Source: Deltaproteobacteria bacterium (GTDB taxonomy: Bacteria; Desulfobacterota; GWC2-55-46; DRQE01). From it: a stretch of DNA of 62,112 bases. The translations under genes and the position numbers were made by a program. The first letter of the stretch is position 1. Every line of letters starts with the position of its first letter. This document shows positions 43,254 to 51,380 of this stretch, piece by piece. Location: contig WGEY01000043.1 in assembly GCA_015492495.1 (NCBI GenBank), forward strand, positions 1 to 62,112. The letters are read 5' to 3'. Under the pieces are notes generated by a model that saw only the letters and a program-made list of their open reading frames with translations, had not been told where the DNA came from and did no database searches.

Positions 43254-44687
43254 ATGGCGAGGAACAGGATCATGGTGGTCGACGACGAAGAGAGCATGAG
43301 GGAGTTTTTGTGCATCATGCTCAGAAACGAAGGGTACGACGTTGTTGCGTTCCCCGCCGGCGGCCCTGCCATAGAGCACTTCAAGGAGAACCATGTGGAC
43401 CTCGTCATAGCCGACCTGAAGATGCCTGGTATGAGCGGGGTCAATCTGCTTAAGGCGCTTAAGGAGATCTCTCCGGATGTGGTCTTCATAATGATAACCG
43501 CGTACGCATCGGTAGACAGCGCCGTAGAGGCCATGAAGGCCGGGGCCTACGATTACTTCACAAAACCGTTCAACATCGAGGAGATCAAGCTGCACATAAA
43601 GAGGTCGCTTGAGTGGAGGAGGCTCGAAAGGGAGAATATGCTCCTCAAAAAGGACCTCAAGACCAGGTACGGCTTCTCGAACCTGGTCGGCACGAGTCCG
43701 AAGATGGTCGAGGTATACGAGTTCATCATGAGCATAGCCGGCATAAAGACAAACGTCCTCATAACCGGCGAGAGCGGTACGGGCAAGGAGCTCGTTGCAA
43801 GGGCCATACACGACGAGAGCCCAAGGAAGGACAACCCCTTTGTATCGATAAACTGCGGGGCCATACCGGACAACCTACTCGAGAGCGAACTCTTCGGGCA
43901 CGTCAAGGGTGCCTTCACCGGCGCGGTATCGGACAAGGCTGGGCTTGCAGAGATGGCCGACGGCGGCACCCTCTTTTTGGACGAGATAACCGAGCTGCCC
44001 TTCAACCTGCAGGTAAAGCTCCTGAGGTTCCTGCAGGAGAGGAACGTTAGAAGGGTGGGCGGAACCGCGGACATACCCGTTGACATAAGGGTGATAGCGG
44101 CAACGAACAGGGACATGGAAGAGGAGGTGAGGGCCGGCAGGTTCAGGGAAGACCTCTTCTACAGGCTCAACGTGCTGCACATCGATCTGCCGCCTTTGCG
44201 TGAGAGGAGGGAGGATATCCCGAGGCTTGCAGAGCACTTCCTCCAGAAGTACTCCGCCGAGCTGGAAAAGGGCGTAAAGAGGATAAGCGAGGAGGCGCTC
44301 AACCTTCTCGTTGACTACGATTATCCGGGTAACGTCAGGGAGCTCGAGAACGCGATCGAGCGTGCTGTCGCCCTCGAGACAGGGGAGAGCATAACCGCGG
44401 ACACCCTGCCCCCGGCCATAAGCAAACGCAACGGAGCGGCCGGATTCTCCGGCACAACGTCCATCACCGGCGGGATGGCTTCGGGCACGCCGCTCTCCAA
44501 CAGGACCGGCATAGGTATACCTCCGGAGGGCATAGACCTGGAAAGGGCCGTTTCAGAGTTTGAAAGGAGCATTATAATGGAAGCCCTGGAAAAGGCCGGT
44601 GGTGTCAAGAAGAAGGCCGCCAGGCTCCTCGGGATCAGCTTCAGGTCAATGAGGTACAAGCTTAGCAAATATGATAAACCGAAGTGA
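43254..44687 (+). CDS. pilR: Sigma-54-dependent response regulator PilR (NtrC family).
   Basis: Receiver domain (IADLKMPGMSG), AAA+ domain (GESGTGKELVARAIH, ESELFGH, GAFTGA) and a C-terminal Fis-type HTH. Confidence 0.9.
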   Translation: MARNRIMVVDDEESMREFLCIMLRNEGYDVVAFPAGGPAIEHFKENHVDLVIADLKMPGMSGVNLLKALKEISPDVVFIMITAYASVDSAVEAMKAGAYDYFTKPFNIEEIKLHIKRSLEWRRLERENMLLKKDLKTRYGFSNLVGTSPKMVEVYEFIMSIAGIKTNVLITGESGTGKELVARAIHDESPRKDNPFVSINCGAIPDNLLESELFGHVKGAFTGAVSDKAGLAEMADGGTLFLDEITELPFNLQVKLLRFLQERNVRRVGGTADIPVDIRVIAATNRDMEEEVRAGRFREDLFYRLNVLHIDLPPLRERREDIPRLAEHFLQKYSAELEKGVKRISEEALNLLVDYDYPGNVRELENAIERAVALETGESITADTLPPAISKRNGAAGFSGTTSITGGMASGTPLSNRTGIGIPPEGIDLERAVSEFERSIIMEALEKAGGVKKKAARLLGISFRSMRYKLSKYDKPK

Positions 44688-46950
44688 TGACCGGCTTAAC
44701 ATCATAGATTTGACACTTCTCGTCCTCCTGGGTGCCTTCCTTTTTCTCGTCGCATTCCAGAAACAACGGTGGGATACCGATATCTTCTGGGCGTTAAAGA
44801 GCGGGGAATGGATAGTCGAGAACATGAAGGTCCCTGCGACGGATCCCTTCTCCTACACCTTCGCCGGCAGGGAGTGGATAGACTTCACCTGGGGATTCCA
44901 GCTGATAGCGCACCTCTTCTATACCTATCTTGGAGGATGGTACGGCCTCTTTATACTGCAGCTCATCCTGACCGGGGCGACCTTCTTCGTCCTCTATCGC
45001 GCGCTGAGGCTCCTTTCAGGCGGCAGGACATGGCTTGCGGTCTTTCTCGTCTACATGGTCTTTGTAATTTCACACGGCCGCTTCTTCATACGGCCGCACC
45101 TTTTTGCGTACCTCTTCATATCACTGTACTTTCTGCTGTTGACGCTTTACGAGAAGGGACACGGGTGGAAGTACCTTGCGAGTCTCTTGCCCCTTCAGGT
45201 CCTCTGGGTGAATATACATTCGAGCTTCGTAATGGGGATATTCATAGTGGTGGCGTACGCCGCTGGGGCCTTTTTCTCAGAGTTGCGCCGCAGGGGGTTG
45301 AGGGCAGATGTTTCGGGTGAGCTCAAGGCGTTTGTGATACTGTCCGTGCTCCTGCCGCTTGTATCGCTGATAAACCCGTACGGGTGGAAGCTCGTGGTCT
45401 TCCCGCTTATACACCAGGGCGGGGAGAACGCAGAGGCGCTGCGCTATATAGGGGAATGGACGAGAATAGGGCTGAGGGAGCTACTGTTCTTCTTATATCC
45501 GTTCCCGCTGAACTTCTTTGCCTTCAAGGTTCTCACATTCGCCACAGTGGCCGTTATGGTAAAGAACTACAGGGGACTCAGGTTGAGGGACCTAATACTC
45601 TTTGCAGCCGCCTTCTACATGGCAGCAAGCCACGTGCGCTGGGTGGCGCTTTTTGCCTACTTCGCCGCCCCGGTTATGGCCTCCAATGCGGCGGGGTACC
45701 TCGACGGCAGGTGGAGCGGCAACTGGGCGTGGAAGAGGTTGGGCTACGCCGCAAGCGTGATCCTTTCCCTGGTCATGATCTGCGACTTCCTGTTTGTAAA
45801 GGACTTAAGGAACTACGGGGTTGGGCTCAAAAAGGGCGTGTACCCGGAGGGCACAGTACGCTTCATCGAGCGCCAGGGGATAAAGGGTAAGATATACAAT
45901 GCATACATCTTCGGCGGGTACCTCGCCTACCACGACATCAGCCCGTTCATAGACGGCAGGACCCCGACCGTCTATTCGCCGTACTTTTTCTGGACAACGA
46001 GGCTTGCCGAAAGGAAGGCGGCAAGCTGGAAGAGGCTTGTGGAGGAGTACGGCATAGATATGGTTCTGGTCAAGACCAGGAACAAATTCTGCAAGGAGAT
46101 GTTCAAGGACGACGGCTGGTCTGCGGTCGCCTTTGATGATGTATCGGCGTTGTTCCTCAGGAAGCACGAGGGGTTCAAGGAGGTCTTGTCTTCATGGGAA
46201 ATACGCTCCTTGAACCCGTGCGGCGACTCGTCGAGGTTCGAGCTGCCGGAAGATGACGGAGAGTTGATGAATGCCGGGGCGGACCTTAAACGGCTCATAT
46301 CCTTCTTCTCCGAGAGCGGATTGGGCGAAAGGGTCGCGAGGCCCCACAGGCTCCTCGGCCTGGTGTATACCAAGCTCGGCGGCGACCGTCTCGCAGAGGC
46401 CGTAGAGGAGCTCAACCATGCAATCAGCATAAAGGAAGACCCCTATACATACTATGACCTCGGTCTAGCACTCGGCAGGCTCAAGAGGTACGATGATGCC
46501 CTCGCAGCCTTTGAGCAGGCGGTCCACAAAAAAAAGAAGTTCTACAAGGGTTACATGGGGGCGGGCCTGCTTTATTACGACACCGGGGACTATGCGAACG
46601 CGGTCGAACACCTCGAGGCATACATAGACGAGACAGGGGATGAGACCGAATACATGGCCTACAGGACGATGGGGCTTTCGTGCTTCAGGCTGGAAAGGTA
46701 CGACTGCGCCATACGTTACCTTAAAAGAGCGGCCTTCACCGGGGACGACCCAGGCGAGCTTGCGGAGATATACTACCACCTGGGCAGCGCAGCCATAGAG
46801 ACAGGGGCCTTCAAGGAGGCTGTGCGTTACTACAGGAGAGCGGTGGAGGCAGAGCCCGAGTACAGGGAAGTACTGCGGGCGCTTTATCACGACCTCCAAA
46901 GGTCCGGCAGAAACGAGGCCTCCCTGGCGGTGAAGGACGTAATAGAGTAG
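44671..46950 (+). CDS. Large polytopic membrane protein (about 11-12 TM helices, GT-C-glycosyltransferase-like by architecture) with C-terminal TPR repeats.
   Basis: 759 aa. Has an acidic first-loop motif (WDTDIFWALKSGEW). The C-terminal 250 aa show TPR-like A/Y/L periodicity (YYDLGLALGRLKRYDDALAAFEQA...). Its start overlaps the pilR stop by 17 nt. Confidence 0.6.
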   Translation: MINRSDDRLNIIDLTLLVLLGAFLFLVAFQKQRWDTDIFWALKSGEWIVENMKVPATDPFSYTFAGREWIDFTWGFQLIAHLFYTYLGGWYGLFILQLILTGATFFVLYRALRLLSGGRTWLAVFLVYMVFVISHGRFFIRPHLFAYLFISLYFLLLTLYEKGHGWKYLASLLPLQVLWVNIHSSFVMGIFIVVAYAAGAFFSELRRRGLRADVSGELKAFVILSVLLPLVSLINPYGWKLVVFPLIHQGGENAEALRYIGEWTRIGLRELLFFLYPFPLNFFAFKVLTFATVAVMVKNYRGLRLRDLILFAAAFYMAASHVRWVALFAYFAAPVMASNAAGYLDGRWSGNWAWKRLGYAASVILSLVMICDFLFVKDLRNYGVGLKKGVYPEGTVRFIERQGIKGKIYNAYIFGGYLAYHDISPFIDGRTPTVYSPYFFWTTRLAERKAASWKRLVEEYGIDMVLVKTRNKFCKEMFKDDGWSAVAFDDVSALFLRKHEGFKEVLSSWEIRSLNPCGDSSRFELPEDDGELMNAGADLKRLISFFSESGLGERVARPHRLLGLVYTKLGGDRLAEAVEELNHAISIKEDPYTYYDLGLALGRLKRYDDALAAFEQAVHKKKKFYKGYMGAGLLYYDTGDYANAVEHLEAYIDETGDETEYMAYRTMGLSCFRLERYDCAIRYLKRAAFTGDDPGELAEIYYHLGSAAIETGAFKEAVRYYRRAVEAEPEYREVLRALYHDLQRSGRNEASLAVKDVIE

Positions 46951-47055
46951 GTTCATTGACAAATTTTGTTTCGACCGGTGACCAAAAATGTCATTTTCGG
47001 TCTTTTTTTGTTTGTACGGATTCGTAAGTGCATGTTTTTACGGTTGTTTGTGTTT

Positions 47056-47071
47056 TGGCACGGCTATTGCA
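47056..47071 (+). promoter_or_regulatory. Sigma-54 (-24/-12) promoter of pilA.
   Basis: TGGCAC-GGCTA-TTGCA, an exact match to the TGGCAC-N5-TTGCA consensus. It lies 62 nt upstream of the pilA ATG and downstream of a sigma-54 activator gene. Confidence 0.85.
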
Positions 47072-47132
47072 ATATAACTATAATAAAAGAATTTAGCTGG
47101 TAAACAGGCAAACAATTAAAAAAAGGAGGTTA

Positions 47133-47540
47133 ATGATGTTGAGAAAGATGCTCGCCAAGAAGAAGGGAGAAGAGGGCTTCACGCTCGTCGAGCTCCTGAT
47201 CGTCGTGGCCATCATAGCGATACTCGCGGCGATAGCCATACCGCAGTTCACGAAGTACAGGCTCAGGGCCTACAAGTCAGAGCTAGACTCCGACGCAAAG
47301 AACATATACACAGCGGCCCAGGCCTACCTCACCGACAACCCGTCTGCAACCGTCGACTCCTTGGCCAAGCTTAAAGATGGCGGCTACTCACCGTCGTCCA
47401 ACATCACCTTTGTCGACGGCAGCATGACGCTGAGCACCGGCAGTATCGAGGTATACTCGACGGCCTTGAAAGCTTCGGCAAAGAACAACAACGCAGTCAT
47501 CTTTGCCAACGGCAGGATGAACCTTCCCAGCTCTCCGTAA
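47133..47540 (+). CDS. pilA: Type IVa major pilin.
   Basis: Leader MMLRKMLAKKKGEEG, then the mature N-terminus FTLVELLIVVAIIAILAAIAIPQF (Gly-1, Phe+1, Glu+5). AAAGGAGG RBS. Confidence 0.93.
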   Translation: MMLRKMLAKKKGEEGFTLVELLIVVAIIAILAAIAIPQFTKYRLRAYKSELDSDAKNIYTAAQAYLTDNPSATVDSLAKLKDGGYSPSSNITFVDGSMTLSTGSIEVYSTALKASAKNNNAVIFANGRMNLPSSP

Positions 47541-47564
47541 TGGGTTGCGCGTGTAGCATGAAAA

Positions 47565-47590
47565 AGAGGGGCTTCGGCCCCTCTTTTTTT
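47565..47590 (+). terminator. Rho-independent terminator after pilA, potentially bidirectional.
   Basis: 8-bp GC-rich stem AGAGGGGC/GCCCCTCT with a UUCG tetraloop, followed by TTTTTTGTTTTT and preceded by AAAAA. Confidence 0.85.
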
Positions 47591-48047
47591 GTTTTTGTGT
47601 GGACGGTCGACGCAAGCTTCCATGCCTCAGTCTCTTTGCCTTGACATCCTTTCTGATCCGTAATACCTTCTTCATAGCGGCAAGATGGTTTTGGTTCGAC
47701 CGTTTTGATCCACTGTAGGGGCCGTTGCCTCGAACTCTCCGGAACCAGGTCCACTCCACCGGCCTCGGAGGCAAGGGCTTTGCTGCTCGGGGCACGTCCT
47801 TGTGCGGAGAAAGGGGTGCCCGTATGCAGTTGGCCTAAAACAGGGTGGGGGGAGCCTGTCCGGAACGAAGGTTGGCCTTCCCTAATAATGTTATCACCAC
47901 CATGAGGATCTCGAGTCACCACGCCGGTGTTGGCGCAAGTGGTGTCGTGGGTCATCTTTTTACCCTTTCGGTGAACCTTTATGGGGGGAACCCAAACGAC
48001 GATTCCCGCAGGTCGTTCGCCCGGCGGGTATGGTCAAGGCCTTGTAA

Positions 48048-49100
48048 ATGAAGGAATCCGGTCATATGGCCTCAAAGGAGTGGTGGCTTCGAACGGTAAG
48101 GATCCTTGGAGGCATCCTTCTTCTCATAGGGGGCTACTTGGTCCTATCGCCCTTTCTTGTCCCGATCGCCTGGAGCGCCGTCCTCGCATCTGTAACGTGG
48201 CCTATCTACCGGCGGATGAGGCCGCTTTTCAGGGGGCATGAGGCACTTTCGGCCCTGACCATGCTCTCGGGGGTCATACTGCTGATGGTCCTTCCGGTAA
48301 TCCTCCTGGTGCTGGCTTCCGTGGATGAGGCGAACCGGGTGTATCTCCAGGTCAGGCAGTTGATAGAGCAGGGGCCTTCCACGGTCAGGGACTACCCCTG
48401 GCTGGTAAGAGGGGTCGAGTGGCTGGGCGAGAAGATCCCTTGGGAAGGCATGGAGCTTCGGACGTTCCTTGTTGAGTGGGCCGGGTTCCTGCCGAATCTC
48501 ATGGTCCAGGTAGGACAGGACCTCTTCCAAAACTTCTTCAAGGTGGTTGTCACCGTCTTTATCCTCTTCTTCATGTACAGGGACGGGGAGCGGTTCCTTC
48601 TGTTCTCAAGGAGGGTTCTTCCTGTCTCCAGGGCGTTCGGCGAGAGGCTGATCTCGCAGGTGGGGTATATGGTGAAGTCCGTAGTATACGGCATCTTCAT
48701 TACGGCTATCTCACAAGGGTTTCTGGCAGGATTGGGCTTCTGGGGCTTGGGGTTTGAAGCCCCTGTTCTTATGGGATTGGCCACAGCGGTACTGGCGCTA
48801 ATCCCTTTCGGGGCCGTGTTGATATGGGTACCTGCGGCCATCTGGCTCTTCATCGAGGGAAGCTTCGTCAAAGGGATCATCCTTGCTGCATGGGGGGCCG
48901 GGGTGGTGAGCACCATCGACAACCTGCTCCGCCCTATTCTCATAAGTTATACCGGAAGTATACCGGTGCTCCTTGTCTTTTTGGGTAGTATAGGCGGGTT
49001 CATGGCATTCGGAATGATCGGCTTGTTTATGGGGCCCGTCATCCTCTCGGTTGGCCTGGCCATTGTAGAGGAGTACGTGAAGGAGATGAAGGGCCCCTGA
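48048..49100 (+). CDS. AI-2E family transporter (PerM/UPF0118-type permease).
   Basis: 350 aa with about eight TM helices and the conserved STIDNLLRPILIS motif. Confidence 0.85.
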   Translation: MKESGHMASKEWWLRTVRILGGILLLIGGYLVLSPFLVPIAWSAVLASVTWPIYRRMRPLFRGHEALSALTMLSGVILLMVLPVILLVLASVDEANRVYLQVRQLIEQGPSTVRDYPWLVRGVEWLGEKIPWEGMELRTFLVEWAGFLPNLMVQVGQDLFQNFFKVVVTVFILFFMYRDGERFLLFSRRVLPVSRAFGERLISQVGYMVKSVVYGIFITAISQGFLAGLGFWGLGFEAPVLMGLATAVLALIPFGAVLIWVPAAIWLFIEGSFVKGIILAAWGAGVVSTIDNLLRPILISYTGSIPVLLVFLGSIGGFMAFGMIGLFMGPVILSVGLAIVEEYVKEMKGP

Positions 49101-49441
49101 CAGATGGAAGCGGTCTGATCCATGGGGGCCGGGTGGATGGGGCGAGCGGTTTCAGGGTGGACGAGATAGTAGGTTTTAAGCCGTGTGCGGCGGTCCGGGA
49201 CGAGACGCTTCCGGACCTCCCATGGTTTACGGATGACCTTGAGATGGAGCCCCTTTCTATGGGTCGTCCTGAATTGAAGCTTCCTGTATCTGAGTCAGGT
49301 GCATGCACCTTAGGGCATGTCTTCGCAGTAGCAGGCCGTTGTCACACATAAAACCGTAATTTCTTTCTTGACAGGCGTCTTTGATTGGGATAATCTTACA
49401 AGTATCCAGTAACTGTTGTTTTTTTAGGTGTTTGCATCTTT

Positions 49442-49861
49442 GTGGTACCGCATCATACAATGGTTGCAGCGCGAAAAGAGGTGAGGGTAGCTATCGTCGG
49501 CCTGGGCAGGGTCGGCAGTACCTTTCTGTCAAAGCTTGCCTCCAGGGAAGATCAAGGGGTCAAGGTGGTCGCCGTTGCGGAAAAGGACGAGAATGCCCAA
49601 GGGGTGATGCTGGCAAGGTCCGAGGGCATAACCGTTTATCAGGATGCCAGGGATATAGTTGCGATGGGTGAAGCCGTGGATATCATCTTTGACCTTACCG
49701 GCGTTCCGGATACGAGAAAGGTCCTCAGGGTGGATCTTGCACGTTCCGGCAATCAGCATACTGTTGTGGCCCCTGAGGTTATAGCCTATCTGATATGGAA
49801 TATGATGGGAAACCCGATCGAGTTTCCCGATTTTCACGACCAGAACCAGAGAGGCTACTGA
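49442..49861 (+). CDS. Short stand-alone Rossmann-fold NAD(P)-binding domain protein.
   Basis: VRVAIVGLGRVGSTF is a GxGxxG dinucleotide-binding loop. It resembles the N-terminal domain of Gfo/Idh/MocA or homoserine dehydrogenases but ends after about 135 aa. Confidence 0.5.
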   Translation: MVPHHTMVAARKEVRVAIVGLGRVGSTFLSKLASREDQGVKVVAVAEKDENAQGVMLARSEGITVYQDARDIVAMGEAVDIIFDLTGVPDTRKVLRVDLARSGNQHTVVAPEVIAYLIWNMMGNPIEFPDFHDQNQRGY

Positions 49862-50142
49862 AGCGCTTCACCTCTTATTAGTATCTGTTACCCAGGCGTT
49901 CTTTCCATTTTTCTGTCAAAGATACCATCCACTTGCCATGCCGCGTCACATCCCCGGCCTTAGAGCCCGGTTGATTGTCCGTAGATAAGCATATATACTT
50001 TAATTCAGATCTGAATGATCCTTCCTCTCCCTGGAGAAGTTCAGATTAGTGTTTTTTTCAATGGAGGTTTCCGGTACAGGCTGGGGGAAGCTTTAATACA
50101 AGGCGTTGTATTAAGCGCGAAAACTGCCCAAAGGAGGTATGT

Positions 50143-50322
50143 ATGGCTACAGACCCTGTCTGCGGGATGTCGGTCATGGAAGAGAAGGCGAGGGAGAGCG
50201 GCAATACCCTGGAGTACGAGGGCAGGACGTACTACTTTTGCGCCAAGGGTTGTCTGGAAAGGTTCAGGAAGGACCCGGAGAAGTATCTCACCGAAGACGC
50301 CCCGGACTGGATCAAGGGGTGA
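50143..50322 (+). CDS. YHS/TRASH-domain protein of 59 aa; not in the ORF track.
   Basis: AAAGGAGG then ATG at 50143. Translation MATDPVCGMSVMEEKARESGNTLEYEGRTYYFCAKGCLERFRKDPEKYLTEDAPDWIKG*. The track lists only an out-of-frame ORF here. Confidence 0.75.
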   Translation: MATDPVCGMSVMEEKARESGNTLEYEGRTYYFCAKGCLERFRKDPEKYLTEDAPDWIKG

Positions 50323-50329
50323 AAGGGCC

Positions 50330-50495
50330 TTGAACATGCATCGCGAGCGCCTGTCTGCGTGCGGATACGCACAGGCAGGCATTCCCCGAAGCTCCGCTTC
50401 GTGGTTAGCGAGCGAAGCATAACAAGATAATTCCTTGCATGAGAAGGTTCACTGCCTGCTACAGGCAGGCCTGAGCCCGCTTGGTGGAGCTTCAA
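50330..50495. repeat. Composite MITE-like repeat bounded by CCTTGAA / TTCAAAGG.
   Basis: The left half matches 36711.. and 33082... The right half matches the reverse complement of 26253..26343. Confidence 0.6.
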
Positions 50496-50526
50496 AGGTT
50501 TTCATCTCCAAACGGTTGTGGTGTAT

Positions 50527-51324
50527 ATGTCCCGTCTGAAGAAGCGTATCCTCGCCAGGGTATTTACGCGTTATCCGTCATTGGCTGAGTGGGCCTCCAG
50601 GAAGGTGGCACCTTTGAATATCAAGGACACCCCATGGACGCCCTTTATCCGTCCGCTTGATAGCTCCACCATAGCGCTCGTCACCACGGCGGGTGTTCAC
50701 ATGAAAGGCCAGAGGGGATTCGACATGGAAGACCATGACGGCGACCCCACACTCAGGATCATACCAGGGAACGCCCCTTCCAGTGAGCTCACCATAACAC
50801 ACGACTACTATGACCACAGCGACGCCGACAGGGATATAAACATAGTCTTTCCCATAGACCGCCTGAGGGAGCTTGAGGCTGAGGGCTTTATAGGCGGGGT
50901 GGCAGAGAACCACTATGGTTTCATGGGCCACATAGAAGGGGCTCACCTTGAAACGCTCGTAAACGAGACCGCCCCGCAGGTTGCCGAGATGCTCAAAAAG
51001 GAGGGCGTCCATGCGGTGGTCCTGACACCGGGGTGAGCCCTGTGTAATCGGTCCGTGGGACTGATCCAGAGAGAGGTGGAAAGACAGGGAATACCCACGG
51101 TCAGTATTTCCATAGTAAGGAGGTTCACCGAGGAGACAAAGGCGCCGCGGGCCGTCTTCCTCAGGTGGCCGATGGGCCATCCCCTCGGCGAACCGTTCAG
51201 AAAGGATCAGCAGATGGTCGTTCTCAAAAGGGCGCTGCGCGCCCTTGAAACCGTAAAAGAACCGGGAACGATCATAGACCTGCCGTACAGGTGGAGACGT
51301 TACGGGGACCTCTTGATCGAGTGA
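50527..51324 (+). CDS. GrdB-like (glycine/sarcosine/betaine/D-proline reductase selenoprotein B family) protein with an in-frame UGA, a predicted selenocysteine.
   Basis: Track ORFs 50518..51036 and 51055..51324 are in the same frame and separated only by the TGA at 51034-51036. The joined sequence ...HAVVLTPG-U-ALCNRSVGLIQREVERQGIPTV... resembles the Sec region of GrdB (LTSG-U-xxCxR...EIExxGIP, from memory). Confidence 0.8.
51047..51065 (+). promoter_or_regulatory. Candidate bacterial SECIS mini-hairpin.
   Basis: AUCGGUCC-GUG-GGACUGAU forms an 8-bp stem (one G-U pair) with G/U in the apical loop. It starts 11 nt after the UGA. Confidence 0.5.
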
Positions 51325-51380
51325 GACGCTTTTTGCGATGTGAACACTCTCGTGAGGGCCCTCTGAAAAGATACCTCCGC

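Noticed and set aside
47596-48047. Possible RNase P RNA, SRP RNA, tmRNA or cobalamin riboswitch in the ORF-less region after pilA.
   Set aside because: I found only loose resemblances, such as AGGGAAGGCC...CCGGACAGGCUCC on the minus strand. The invariant blocks are absent: GAGGAAAGUCCGGGC and ACAGAACCCGGCUUA for RNase P, GGAAGCAGCC for SRP, and a proper B12 box. It is kept only as an unexplained region.
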